From positions 26,350,001 through 26,414,000 of the forward strand of contig NC_092674.1 in the NCBI RefSeq assembly GCF_964355755.1: a stretch of 64,000 nt of DNA, given 5' to 3'. Below, piece after piece: positions 14,501 through 26,525 of the stretch. The stretch is from Antedon mediterranea (taxonomy: Eukaryota > Animalia > Echinodermata). A program made the translations under genes and the position numbers. The notes below the pieces were generated by a model that had not been told where the DNA came from, ran no database searches, and saw only the letters and a program-made list of their open reading frames with translations. Within the stretch, counting starts at the first letter, position 1, and the number at the start of each line of letters is the position of its first letter.

Positions 14501-16009
14501 GAAACATGCAATTTCTATGGAAAATTTAATTGAATATGGCCATTTTTTGAAAAACATAAAAATAGAGTTTACAGTATTTTAATGGGTACTGTATTGTATT
14601 TGGTAACACTAACACTGTGAATCGTAACAAATAGGTCAAAACCACTGCAATCAACTTATTGCTAAATAAATGTACCGTGGAGTCAAACTCAACTTGTATC
14701 TTCTGACCAACATCATAATTTTCTGACTTGCAACATAGAACAAAGATCCTTGAATATGTATTGGGTAAGTGTTCTAAACAATCAAGTTTATTAGCAATAA
14801 AACGACAAAACCCTGAAAATGTTTGTGGTGTAGTGTTAATAGCAAAAAAAGATGGAAAATTATGCCTATTGATATTGCACAAATACTGTAGACGTATTTA
14901 AACAATAATATCTTTGTGAATAAATTGACTGTATGTATTATGTATTTGGAAATAGTGTGAAGATTGTTTAGCTGAACAATAACAAATTAAAACTAACCTT
15001 TAGATGAAGGTTAAATGAAGTCTAGGAAAAACATCATAGTTTAGCAATCCTATCTATTGTCATGGATACACAAATATGCTTTAAAAAAAGCTTCCCAATA
15101 CACGACATGAAATAGTTATATTTAACTGTGTTGGCACATGGTTTTCTGTGCCCTTAGTTATAATTTTCTAAATTTTAAAAAAGCTTGTCCTGGGGCAAGA
15201 GCATACGTCAACTGTGGTTGTCCGACCATAAAAACACTTGTCTCGGGCCCTGGTAGCTTAATGGGGTAGCAAGAAAAAGATGCGAGTCTCAATCTTTATA
15301 CATTAAGTAGTTAGAAGTTTTGTAGTTTACAGATTACTTTCACAGGTTATGACATTTAAACATCGGATTATGAAATACAAAAACAATCATAAGTATAGCT
15401 GGGATTTCCTGTCACGCCATTTTGTCTGCCATATTTTTTTTTCTTAAAAAAAAAAATGTTTAAAAATAGTTTGATGACTAATCATGTCAGAACTCATGTA
15501 AAATAGTCATTTTTTATTGTATAATAATTAAAGAAATAAATCCTTTTTTTTTTAAACTATTATACAATTGCCACAGATCTGATTGCCAACAATTTGAAAT
15601 AGGAAACAAACAAATTGCTCCAGTCCCTGAAAACGAACATACTGCTGTAGTGTTACAGAAAAGCCCAGGCCTAGCTAGGCCGAGTTCATGCCTAGGCTTA
15701 CTACGTACTCCGCTAGCTGAATTATTATTGTCATAATAATAGGCCTAGCCTAGGCAATTTGTATCGAATATAAATAATAAATATTAATAACAATTATTAT
15801 TTATTAATTAAATCATGTGATTTTTAATTAAAATTTAATACACAAAAGTCATAAAAACAACTGGGACAAAATTGGACCTGTGGTTACACTTGAAATGAGG
15901 TAATATGCAGTTGCCTTCCCATCCTAGCCCTAGCTAGTGATTGTTAGAAATCGAGGTTGTTGGTGGTAAGCTAAGCTAGGCAGGCCATGTCACAAGTTAG
16001 CGGACTTAC

Positions 16010-16138
16010 CTTTGCGATCGTCAGGGGACAATGGTGTTCCGAGCCACCTTTCAGAGAAAAACCCCACGGTGATCCTCCTTTCAAAACAACTCGGATGGTT
16101 TGCGTATCATTCACGTTTTCCTGGCCCACCTCAGCCAT
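16010..16138 (-). CDS. shroom: First coding exon of a Shroom-family-like PDZ protein; remaining exons not found in window
   Basis: ATG at 16138 gives MAEVGQENVNDTQTIRVVLKGGSPWGFSLKGGSEHHCPLTIAK, then a phase-0 donor gtaagt at 16009. This resembles the vertebrate SHROOM PDZ start (GGAPWGFTLKGGxEHxxPL..SK). Synaptopodin-2 or PDLIM are less likely alternatives. Confidence 0.75.
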
Positions 16139-16588
16139 ATTTATAGTACTATAATCCAAGTTTCACCTTAGCACGCATCAGATCAACTTGATATGCTAAC
16201 AGAAAGTTCCAAGGACGATAAATAAAGTTGAAGTCTGTCGTGTTTTGATTTTACTAGGCCTGGCTAGTTTCCTTACGGTCGGATTCTCGTCTGTTGTGTG
16301 CAGCTCATGGTTTGTTTGGCATGCATTTAGCGTACGATGACCTTGTAACATTCTTTGCTTGTATATTACGTATGTACTTCCGGCCGGGGAAAAGTCACAT
16401 TGCAAATTAAAAAAACACCTCCTCCAGCTAGTTCACATGGTATTAAATCCGGAAAAATCATTATTGTTAAATTTTAACGTTTGATTGTTGTTATTTAAAC
16501 ATATTTAAAGAGTAAATATGTAGGCTAGTTATTCAATAAAAAAAATTTTAAAAACCCAAAAATTCAAAATCTGAAAAGTTAAAGTTAA

Positions 16589-16604
16589 CCGAAAGAGGGC
16601 GCTA
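16589..16604 (+). promoter_or_regulatory. CTCF-like motif upstream of the PDZ gene
   Basis: ccgaaagagggcgcta fits the CCNNNAGRKGGCGC core; it lies ~450 bp upstream of the ATG. Single motif match only. Confidence 0.35.
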
Positions 16605-16763
16605 TAGATAAAATTATTTTCCTCACGTCGTATAATAATTGGTCCAATTAAATTGTAAAAGTAAAATGCAAAGATCATTAAAATAAAACAATAGCTGATA
16701 TCATTTTTAAAATTATTTTATTTTAAAATCTGGATAAGCATTTTTTCATTATTCGGTTTAAGA

Positions 16764-16849
16764 ATACGGGCGTATATCTTTGTATAACATGTTTAACATA
16801 ATATGTTAAACATATGTTAAACATGTTATACAAAGATATACGCCCGTAT
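16764..16849. repeat. Long inverted repeat with ~37-bp arms, probably a collapsed TA-flanked MITE
   Basis: atacgggcgtatatctttgtataacatgtttaacata ... tatgttaaacatgttatacaaagatatacgcccgtat. Confidence 0.85.
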
Positions 16850-17850
16850 ATTCACTTTAGTATGAACTTTTTTACCGATCAAATAAATATATATTATATA
16901 TATTATATATAATATATATTTATTTGAACTTACAACTTTAAATCGGGGGCACTCAATCAATGACAATTGGTGCGTTCGTTACTAATTCACAAACAAATAT
17001 ATATAAAAAAAAAATTAAAAAATGCATAAACATTAATTAAAGTCTCTTCTTCATTACAAATTGTGAAGATGCGCGGGCTAAAACATATACTGTACTGTAT
17101 ATTTTTTCCTCAAACCACAATACAAGAAGCTTGGTAATTATAATATTTCCTCTATAAAAATTATTAATAATAGGCCTAATTAAACTTTTATTTAGCTTAT
17201 GCTGGCTCATATTTTATTTGTTTATGAAAAGAAATGGGGCTAGGCCTAGATTATGTAGCATCAAAACGATTACGGTAAAAAACGTATCCTCTATTTTTAC
17301 GCATAGATACTAAATGCATAACATGTGCAATAGGTTTGTTGAGATTAAATAGAGATTGAAAAAGGTATTTTCCTTATAAAGAATGTAGAGGGCACTATAA
17401 CAAAAATTAAAAATGAAATAAAATGTTTGAAGCAAGGTGTACGTAATGTTGCTAGCGCCCTCAATATCACAACAATAGTCGTGGTGGATATGGTGCATAT
17501 TAACGCCATTGTGCTGTTATATAATATAAATTGTAGACTTTAATTGTATAATATGATTACTGTATTTATTATCATCATATTCACTTTAGTATGAACTTTT
17601 TTACCGATTCAAGAGTCAACCGTTCGATGACCCGTGGGTAGGAATGCAAACAATTGTAACGAACAAAGGAACACAGTTTCTTTTTTGATATTCAATTCAA
17701 TATTGAAATTAAAATCTTACGATAATCCATATTTTTATCCAGATAAATAAACTATTCGCTTTTAGACCTAAGCTTATAATCAATTTAAAGGCGATTTACT
17801 TGGTGAGAAGTCTATTTCAATGTTTCCTCCACAATTATAATACCAGGGAA

Positions 17851-18170
17851 GTTTTGTTTTGTTTGTTTTATCTTTATACTGGGTAACCTCTTCAGTCAAA
17901 GACTGATCTCCCAGAGGGCCCAGTTGGTGATCAGTGGCTGTGATGTACTAATACACCGGGGTAACCCCCTACTCGTCTCGAAAGATGTACTAGGTTCTTT
18001 AAAGTGCACACGAGCAAGTTGTGTACACTGGACCTACGGTTTATAGTCCTTATCCGAGAAGACTCGTTCTACCACCAGAACCATGGAGTGAGTGAGCCTC
18101 GAACCCCTGCCGATGTTATGGCTACGTGATTACGGTTCCACTGTCTTAACCGCTCGGCCACTCACTCACT
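17851..18170 (-). mobile_element. tRNA-derived SINE with a Deu/Nin-like core, intact copy 2
   Basis: A and B boxes; central 'cggataaggactataaaccgtaggtcc...gagtagggggttaccccggtg' resembles the Deu-SINE core; LINE-like 3' end and (aaac)n tail. Confidence 0.9.
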
Positions 18171-18279
18171 TCAAGTGAAATGACACTCTTCCTTAATAAT
18201 ACACAATTACATAATATTAAACTAGTTTGATGAGACCCGCCCACTATAATGAAACCATTCCATCATGGTTGAGCTAAGC

Positions 18280-19048
18280 TAGGTTTAACGGTTGGGCCGC
18301 CGACAAGTTGAGCCGCCGGTGATTTCTATGAAACGCCCAGTGCATGCGTCTTTTACGACATTTCGCGTAGTGATTAGGATGGTGTCCTAGTACATAAGTT
18401 CATGGTCTTGGTTTATTGTGTCATGAAAATAAATAATATATAATTACATATTATAATTAACAACACAGCAAAGGAAAGTAGTAATATTTAATAATGTAAT
18501 TGTTTTGTTTTTAATCTTTCGAGGAAAAAATTCAGTGCACTCATAATTTTTCTCGCCGCGTGTAGGCCTACCACGTAAAGTCACGTTGTCCTCTCTCAGG
18601 ACTAATTAATAGAGTATTAACATTCTTCGAATGAGGTTAATTAAATATTATTTTTTATTTACTAATCTTTTAATATCATATTTTATTGAATTTTACAATG
18701 TTAATACACAAAATATTTTACTAAAAAACGTGATTTTATGTAATTATTTTACCGAAAAATGGAGTAAGCCTACCTAGTTGTTTACGTCATTTTTGGCTAA
18801 AAACGATCACTTTCGGTGATGTTTTATATTTTGGAATCTACAAGCCAGATTTTCATAATTATTTCTTTAATTATAATATTTAATAATATATATACTAAAA
18901 ACCATGATATATAAACTTTTGAATGTACATCGATCCCTAATATAAATTGAACGAGCACCGGCGAAAGTTAGCATTTGGCGTTCCATAAAAAATAACGTTT
19001 TTCTGGTGGCGGCTCAACTTGTCGGCGGCTCAACTTGGCCTAATCCTA
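18280..19048. mobile_element. ~770-bp non-autonomous TIR element, superfamily unclear
   Basis: Inverted ends share gccgccgacaagttgagccgcc and tagg../..ccta termini; no clear TSD. Confidence 0.7.
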
Positions 19049-20066
19049 AATGACATCCCCTCATACATGTCTTTCTCGAAAGCAGCAATTAAATCTAAAA
19101 TTAAATTATGATTATATGAATCAAAATCTCTCTCTCCAAAAAACAGTTTCAGAAAACCAAAAAAGGGTTGGGTTAAGTTCCATACGACTCCCGACTGCTC
19201 CTAAAGTTGCATGATTAATTAATCACGAATCTGTTTCATGTCTACTGTACGGTTTACCCTATCAAATCAAATTATACAAAAAGTTCCGGGATGTCTTCCT
19301 TCACACAAGCTGAGCCCATCTATAAGCCGTGACGGAAATCCAATGGACTAAGTACAGAAGCGACTTATGCATCAACCAACCAATCAAAACGGAGCATTTC
19401 TGAATAAGCGTGTATATAATTGTTGCACTCATAGTGTTTAATCATTGATGTATGCTATGTCTATAATAGACGTTGTGAATATCTATTGTCGATGAAACAA
19501 CAACGACGCACTGTACTCGAATCGAACCATCTATTTCAGGGAAACACTGGTTTGAGAGTATCGTCTCTAATCCTCTCCGAACCTTATTTGATACTGAACG
19601 AAGGGGATACAAATCGATCAACATGAATCCAATTGGAGAAAAAATGGCTCTGGAGGTAAACTTTTTTCATTTAACATTTTGACAACAGGTTGTTGTTGTT
19701 GTTCGATATGAGATGTAGGAATTGACACATTCATATATATGTAAATTTAATGTAAATTGGAACGTCGCATTTTTTGAATTAGTGTAGACTATCTTATAAG
19801 TTGTTTTATCATCGGAAATGATAAACTATGGTATAATAGTAGCGCCTCGAGAGAGAATCGAGAGGATGGGGAGTGCAGGCCTAACATTTATTTTGCATTT
19901 TGTTTGGTTTGGTGGACAGGTGGATAGGGTTTCACCGAAACCCCGGATGCGTCACTGAATGTTCGTTACCATTCAAGCCGGGTGTACCTGTCCACCCTTA
20001 GCGGATATCTTCTGTGAGAACTTCGTGGCTGGTGTAGGGAGAGGGGAGAGGTGTTACTAATAGGAT

Positions 20067-20882
20067 ATTGTTTACTTGTTTACTTGCTTACTTGTTTCCC
20101 GTACACTTTCGTCTACGGGATCGAGGCGAAGCACTCAGTGCTTAAAAGCCCCTCTTAGCAATAAAATCATATTCTATATAGGGTGAAAACTTCAGCGGGT
20201 GGTTAGACCATGCGACGTTAAGTTTTGCTTTGAACAAGTTCACCGTAGCACATGAAACTACATCCATAGGCAGAGTATTCCATAAGAGAATAACTCTCCT
20301 GGAGAACGTGTCCCTCCTAATATTAAGACGAGAGCTTTTAAACTTGAGTTTATATGGGTGTCCACGGGTCCGAGATTCTAGATCAAATTCAAAAAATGTG
20401 TTGATCGAAATACGATCGAAACCTTTAACAATCCTAAAAACTTGGATAATATCTGCTCTCTGCCTTCGATATCTCATGGTAGGAAGGCCAAGAATTCTCA
20501 AACGTTGTTCATAAGGAATATTACGGTACCTAGGAATCAATCTTGTTGCTCTTTGCTGGACCTTCTCTATTTCATCCTGATCTCGTTTTCTAATAGGATT
20601 ATAAACAGTGTTACAATATTCAAGCGTTGGCCTGACAATAGACTTATACAGCTTCAAAAATCCATCTTTATTCAAGAATTTAAAAGATCTATAAATCATT
20701 CCTAGTTTCTTATTAGCTCTTTTATAAATATCCGCTACATGCAAATTAAAGATTAAACTATGATCAAAGGTAACACCTAGATCTTTCTCCTGCTTTACCT
20801 CATGTAGTAAATTACCAGCCATTGAATACAAGAAATTGGGATTATTACGACCATAATGAAATACCTTACACTTAGTGTACAT
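20067..20882 (-). mobile_element. 5'-truncated CR1-clade LINE: end of ORF2, 3'UTR and (caagtaaa)n tail
   Basis: ORF 20142-20882 has KCKV.H.G, EKDLGV, LYKSIVRPTLEY, IEKVQQRATR, RTRGH and FSRRVI.LWN.LP. The 3'UTR has a cccgta..tacggg hairpin and an 8-bp tandem tail. Confidence 0.93.
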
Positions 20883-22798
20883 ACATATTAAACATTGTCT
20901 ATCTAACGTTCGTACAAATTATGGTTGATTAGTACTTGCTATTCAACCAGGAAGAACCAGGAAGTATGTTAAATATGTGTAGTAAAGACTTTCTAGTTTC
21001 GGAATAACTCATAATGTGCACATACGTGTATACAACATACCAATTGAGATCCCCTCCTTAAAATTCAAATGAAATATATCATGCAGTGTGCTTCGCATTG
21101 GATTGCATTGGATATTGCCTGATGCTCTTTACTTTGTCATGTAAAACAATCGACATTGAGCAGTCGGATATACAGTTTTATTCATATAATTCTTTGATAT
21201 TAAACATCTGTTAATATACGTCAGTTTTTTTGGGATTTCTGATATTTTTTTGTTTGTTTTTGTTTTGCTGTTATTGCAGTTTAGCTGGTACCCGGTACAA
21301 ATACGACCGAACACGTTTAATCTAAATAAACATATGTTATGGAAACATTATTTACTAAATTATTCGCAGCAATGGATTTAGAGTGGGACCCCACATATTA
21401 TCGATCAACTCTGAATTTCTATATTTATTATCATAATATATTCACATTATTTTAATTTTTACATCTGAATCCGCACCTGTCATTACGGGTTAAATAAGCT
21501 TGATTCCTAGTAAAAACGTCTCATTAAAACTAAAAATCAGTTACCAAAATTACACACGTCGCGTTTCCATGAAATACCACTATTATTCCGCTTTTTCGCA
21601 GCCTGTAACTATTTTGTTAGTTCGTATATCAATTGATATATGAAAAAGAACTGATAAAGGTTTATTATTCATTTACAATGAATTAAACCCGGCTGCCAAC
21701 AATTGATTGTTCATGTTTTTATAATGAACAATAAAATGAGTATTGTATGCATCACTAACTCTTTTTATACGTGGTTGTGGTAGAAAATAATAAAAATATG
21801 CGCGACGGTAAACTGTACATTATCAGGGTATCGTACTCGGTTCCTATATAGGAAATGCATCCGATTATCTCTACTGTATCTCCATATTATGGCATGATGT
21901 GTCCAGTATCATGGAACATTCTATAATGAAGCGGCACATGTTCCACGTGTGGCGTCTTGTTGTAATAGGTTAGGTATGATACAGACATCATATGTGATAC
22001 ATACGTGACTGTATTAGACCTACAGAATTTGTCCATGATACTGAACGTATTATTCATACAGTAACGATAATCAGCTATAGATGCTAACTTATAGCAATGT
22101 TGTTGCTTGTTCGAAATATAGCCTATAATATAACAAATATTATTCAGATTTAAGAGATCGGCTACCCACATCGTTTGCGGAGCTGATTTTAATTTGTGCA
22201 CAACGTGATTATATTATTTATCAATCCTATTTAAATCTAAATATTTACAATATTTATGAAATTAATTATACTAGTTTTGTTATGGGTTACCACGATCTAA
22301 CGAGGCGGATTACATTTTCCATAGAAACTAAACCACTTTTTTTAACCGCATGAATATCTTGGTTTTTTCCATCATGAGTCATGCGCATGTGTGAACATAA
22401 CAATTATTTACCATAGCTTAATTTACCAGCATAACATTTGAATATTTAATTACTAGAATTATCTTAATACAGTTACCATACTTGGTTTTATGTGCCAAAA
22501 AAAATGTTTTGACTTAATAAACTTAGTATATATAATTATTACCGAAATATGTATGCAACACAAGTGCATAGCAACATTGTTAATGTTAAATGTGTCAATT
22601 ATTAATAACGGTATATGAAATACGGACAGTCGGACAAATACAAGTTTACAATATTTAGGCTTTTACACTACTATATCATTATTTCACACTGTACGCGCCT
22701 CAGTAATGTTGTTTTTTATGTTTGGGTGAGAGTTATAATGATGTATCCAGGTGTATGCATACATGTGCACAGTCAACAAATGGGATATCTTTAACAAA

Positions 22799-23147
22799 AC
22801 AAAAATGTGATGTTCCTCGGTATTATGGACATGATGATGTCATATCACTACCATATTTGGGCATATCAGTATCATATTTGGACACATCCGACTTGTTTGT
22901 CAAACTAATTTGATAGTGTAAACAGAGCTACATTTGTGTGTTTACAAAGATGCTCTTCTTCGCACCAAAAGTAGAAAAAAAAATGTGATGTGCCTCGGTA
23001 TTATGGACATGATGATGTCATATCACTACCATATTTTGGCATATCAGTATCATTATTTGGACATATCCGACTTTTTTGTCAAACTAATTTGATACAGAGC
23101 TACATTTGTGTGTTTACAAAGATGCTCTTCTTCGCACCAAACGTAGA
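22799..23147. repeat. Tandem duplication (~175 bp x2) of a MITE fragment plus its flank
   Basis: Two near-identical units, each ending 'gatgctcttcttcgcaccaaa'. Confidence 0.85.
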
Positions 23148-25830
23148 TAGGGCCTTTACGGTTTAAATTAGTGTTCAGCCCGCATGTTAGCACTTCATTG
23201 AATATCCAAAAATGGTGGTAGGTTGTACATTTCCTATTGTGGAAGATTGGCGGATATAGGCCTAATATTGTGTATTAAAGGGTTACATATAAGCTAATCT
23301 GAATGGTATAGGAACTGCGGTTACACCTGCAAAAGAAATTGGAATGGAAAAATACATAATCCTGCATCGGAACTTATCGAACAACACAACCTGAAGGCGT
23401 GCACGATATAGGCCTCCTACAGATGATGTAAATTTACCTGTCGTGTAACAACTCAGTTGATACAGTTACTGTACATTTTGGAACAGTTTAGGAAACAATT
23501 TATCCACTTTTAAAAAATTAATATAGTAGGCCTATAGTATATATCAAACATCAGTTACTTCTTTTACATAGTAATAACAGTCGATTCCGTTAAGTCGAAT
23601 CTAATAGGACTGGCATCAATATTTCGAGTTATCCGAACTGCGACTTTTACGGATTTTAAACGGGAAAAGCCAGGATTAAAAAGTGGAAATGTGTTCTGAT
23701 AGGAAACCCTCCTTGATCTTTCCATCACCTTTTGAAAAACGTTTAAGAATATGTGTCCGACCACTTGTGTGGTACAATCGCGGGTAAACAGAACCCTTGC
23801 AGTTCTTCACATTTGATTTTATTTATATTCATAGGCTCCTCCAAATGTTAATGTTTTCTATAAAAAAAAGTCTGTAGATACAAAGTTAAACACATAAGAT
23901 ACGGTAGTTGACTCTGTTTGGGGATAGACTGTTTACATCACTATCAAACTAGTTTGACAAAATGTGATGTGCCCAAATATGGTGATATGACATCATCTTT
24001 TCGGAATCAGAGTCATGGGACCACATAGGCGATGATTTACCACTATACGTTAGAAAAAAAATACCAGCTTAAAATCTATTTTACCTTGGACGCTGGCCTG
24101 TATAAGAAAGTGGGTTGCCAGTTCCGGGAACTTTTCCATTACATTTTTACTGCTCATGAGTTTAGCCTTGGTTTCTTGTTAGCCATTAAATTTCATACTT
24201 CTATTTTGTTTATTTATTTTTTTTTGCCCAACTGGAACCTCATTTTGTAAACTTGCGTGTACCTCGACCGCCTTTAGGACACAACAAATCGTCCCCTTAA
24301 TAGTGGTGTCACCCTTCATAAAAAGAAGTGTCCCCACAGGGGTGTCCCGAAGAGGGCTGGGGACGATGTCTTGGTGTGTAGGCTGGGCCCTATGATATTT
24401 AAATTAATGGCATACGCATGGTTATTAGTCATAGCCAATGCCATACACTGTCTTATAAAATTAATAAATTATTATTTATGAGTCTTAATTACTAAAAAAA
24501 TCAATATAGGCCTATTTACAATGACAATAAAACCGTTGTGTGAGGAAATCCTAACAAATCCATGTTCATTCAAGCATATCCTTTTGTTTTGTGACGTAGT
24601 ATATTAAAGGCGGGAAGATGTGCGTCACATAATTGATCACGTGAAGGTCATGGTCATCATGTGAGTCATTTTTCCCGTAATTTTTCCAGGATATACGCCT
24701 GTATTCGCTGACCATTGATCACCAACACATGTTGTTATTAATTGTTTGAATCTTAATTGAGATAAACGTTCGTAGAACGTACGGTCAAGGGATTTCGTGA
24801 GTTGTGGACACTGGCCCAGTGACCCAATTCGCAACGTGAATTAGGACGCCCGGTAGGGCGTCGTACATTCGTATAGGCCTACTGTCGTTGTTTATACACT
24901 TCACTGCACACTAATATGTTGTGACGGAGGGCCTACCCTAGAGATCGCCTATATTTCTTTAAGAACGTGCGTCATTATACAATATCCTTATTTTTATTTA
25001 TTATAAATTTGATTTCCACGAATTTCTGGATGGCGCGCCAACTTGGGAGCAATTATTTACAATGAATGTCATATTAATTTACACATCCGTTAAGACAATT
25101 ATACAATTAAAATATTGGTGCCAAAATAGGACGTATAGATAAAAAATAACAATTTCTGTGAATTTAAAAAAACCTCAGTATTACAGTAATATTTATAGGC
25201 TACTGTACTTTATTAATGATAGACGGAAGCCAAAGACGGATGTTTATCACACATTATGTGACAACAAAATATGATGTGTCCATATATGGACATGATGATG
25301 TCATATCACTACCATATTTGGGCATATAACTTACCATATTTTGGCGCATCACTACCATATTTGCGCATATCACAACCATATTTGGGCATAACTCTTCTTT
25401 TTTTCAAACTATCTTTATTGTGTGACTCTTGTTAATATTTTAGACGAATGTTATTGTTAATAAAGTTAATACCTATACGATCTGTCATGTGATTATGAGT
25501 ATTTTTCCCTTTGTTATATAATAAAGTTAATACCTAACGATAATGGTACTAAAACATAATGTTGTTATATCACGAAGGATGTTTTACATTAAGGATGTAT
25601 ATAAACGCGAGATTTATTTTACCTGAGGGAGTTAAGTGGTGGGTGGGTGAATGTCGGATGCAGATGTGGGCGATGTACAACCATGGAACTGTTCCATGGT
25701 ACAACTGTTGCAAGTTTCTAGTGAGAGTGTGAACATGAACTATAGTTCCAATGGTGTGAAACGATTGTCGGTAATGAATGAGTGATTCATCACCAAATTC
25801 AACTTTACTTTCAAACATATATCACAATAA

Positions 25831-26180
25831 AGAGTGGTTCCTACTAGAACTCGACGCAGCGACGTATCGACGTAACGTGATGTATTGCGTATTAAAGCGT
25901 GGTTCCCACTAGCGACGTAACACAAGGACGTAACGTAAGTGAATTGACCAATCACAAGCGATGGCTTATTCGCTTGTGATTCTGTCTATAACTTCGCTTG
26001 TCATTGGTTAAAACGTCGCTAGTGAGAACCAAGCTTAAAGCTCTGTATGTGACCATAAAATGTGATGTGCCCATATATGAACATGATGATGTCATACCAG
26101 TACCATATTTGGGCATATCACTACCATATTTGGCCACATCACACCTTTTTTTTCAAACTAAATTTCATAGTGTAGACACA
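25831..26180. mobile_element. Chain of three Harbinger-like MITEs (partial 25831-25892; full 25896-26035; 26039-26180)
   Basis: TIRs agcgtggttcccactag / ctagtgagaaccaagct with TAA on both sides; the right-hand TAA abuts the agctctgt family copy. Confidence 0.8.
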
Positions 26181-26525
26181 CATCATAAAACCCCCTTATC
26201 TTCCCTCCTAATTTTCACGGGAATTACAAATTTTTGAAGGAGCTTAAAACGGATAATCAATTGAGTCTAGCCAATTAAAATATCCGACCTGATCCGTTTT
26301 GTATGCGTGCGGTGGTCTTCTTTTCGCGTTGTCGGCTTGAAAAAAAAAAGAAATCCGATAAACCAGCTTTCAAATCACTTTCTTCCGATCAATTAAATTA
26401 ATACAATCTAGAATCATCAGAATTGAAAGATTTGAAAATCTTGATATTAAATCCTGTTCACATGATGATATATATACGAGGCTCTGTCTAGCACATTCCA
26501 TCATTCTATCATTTCATTCCGATAG

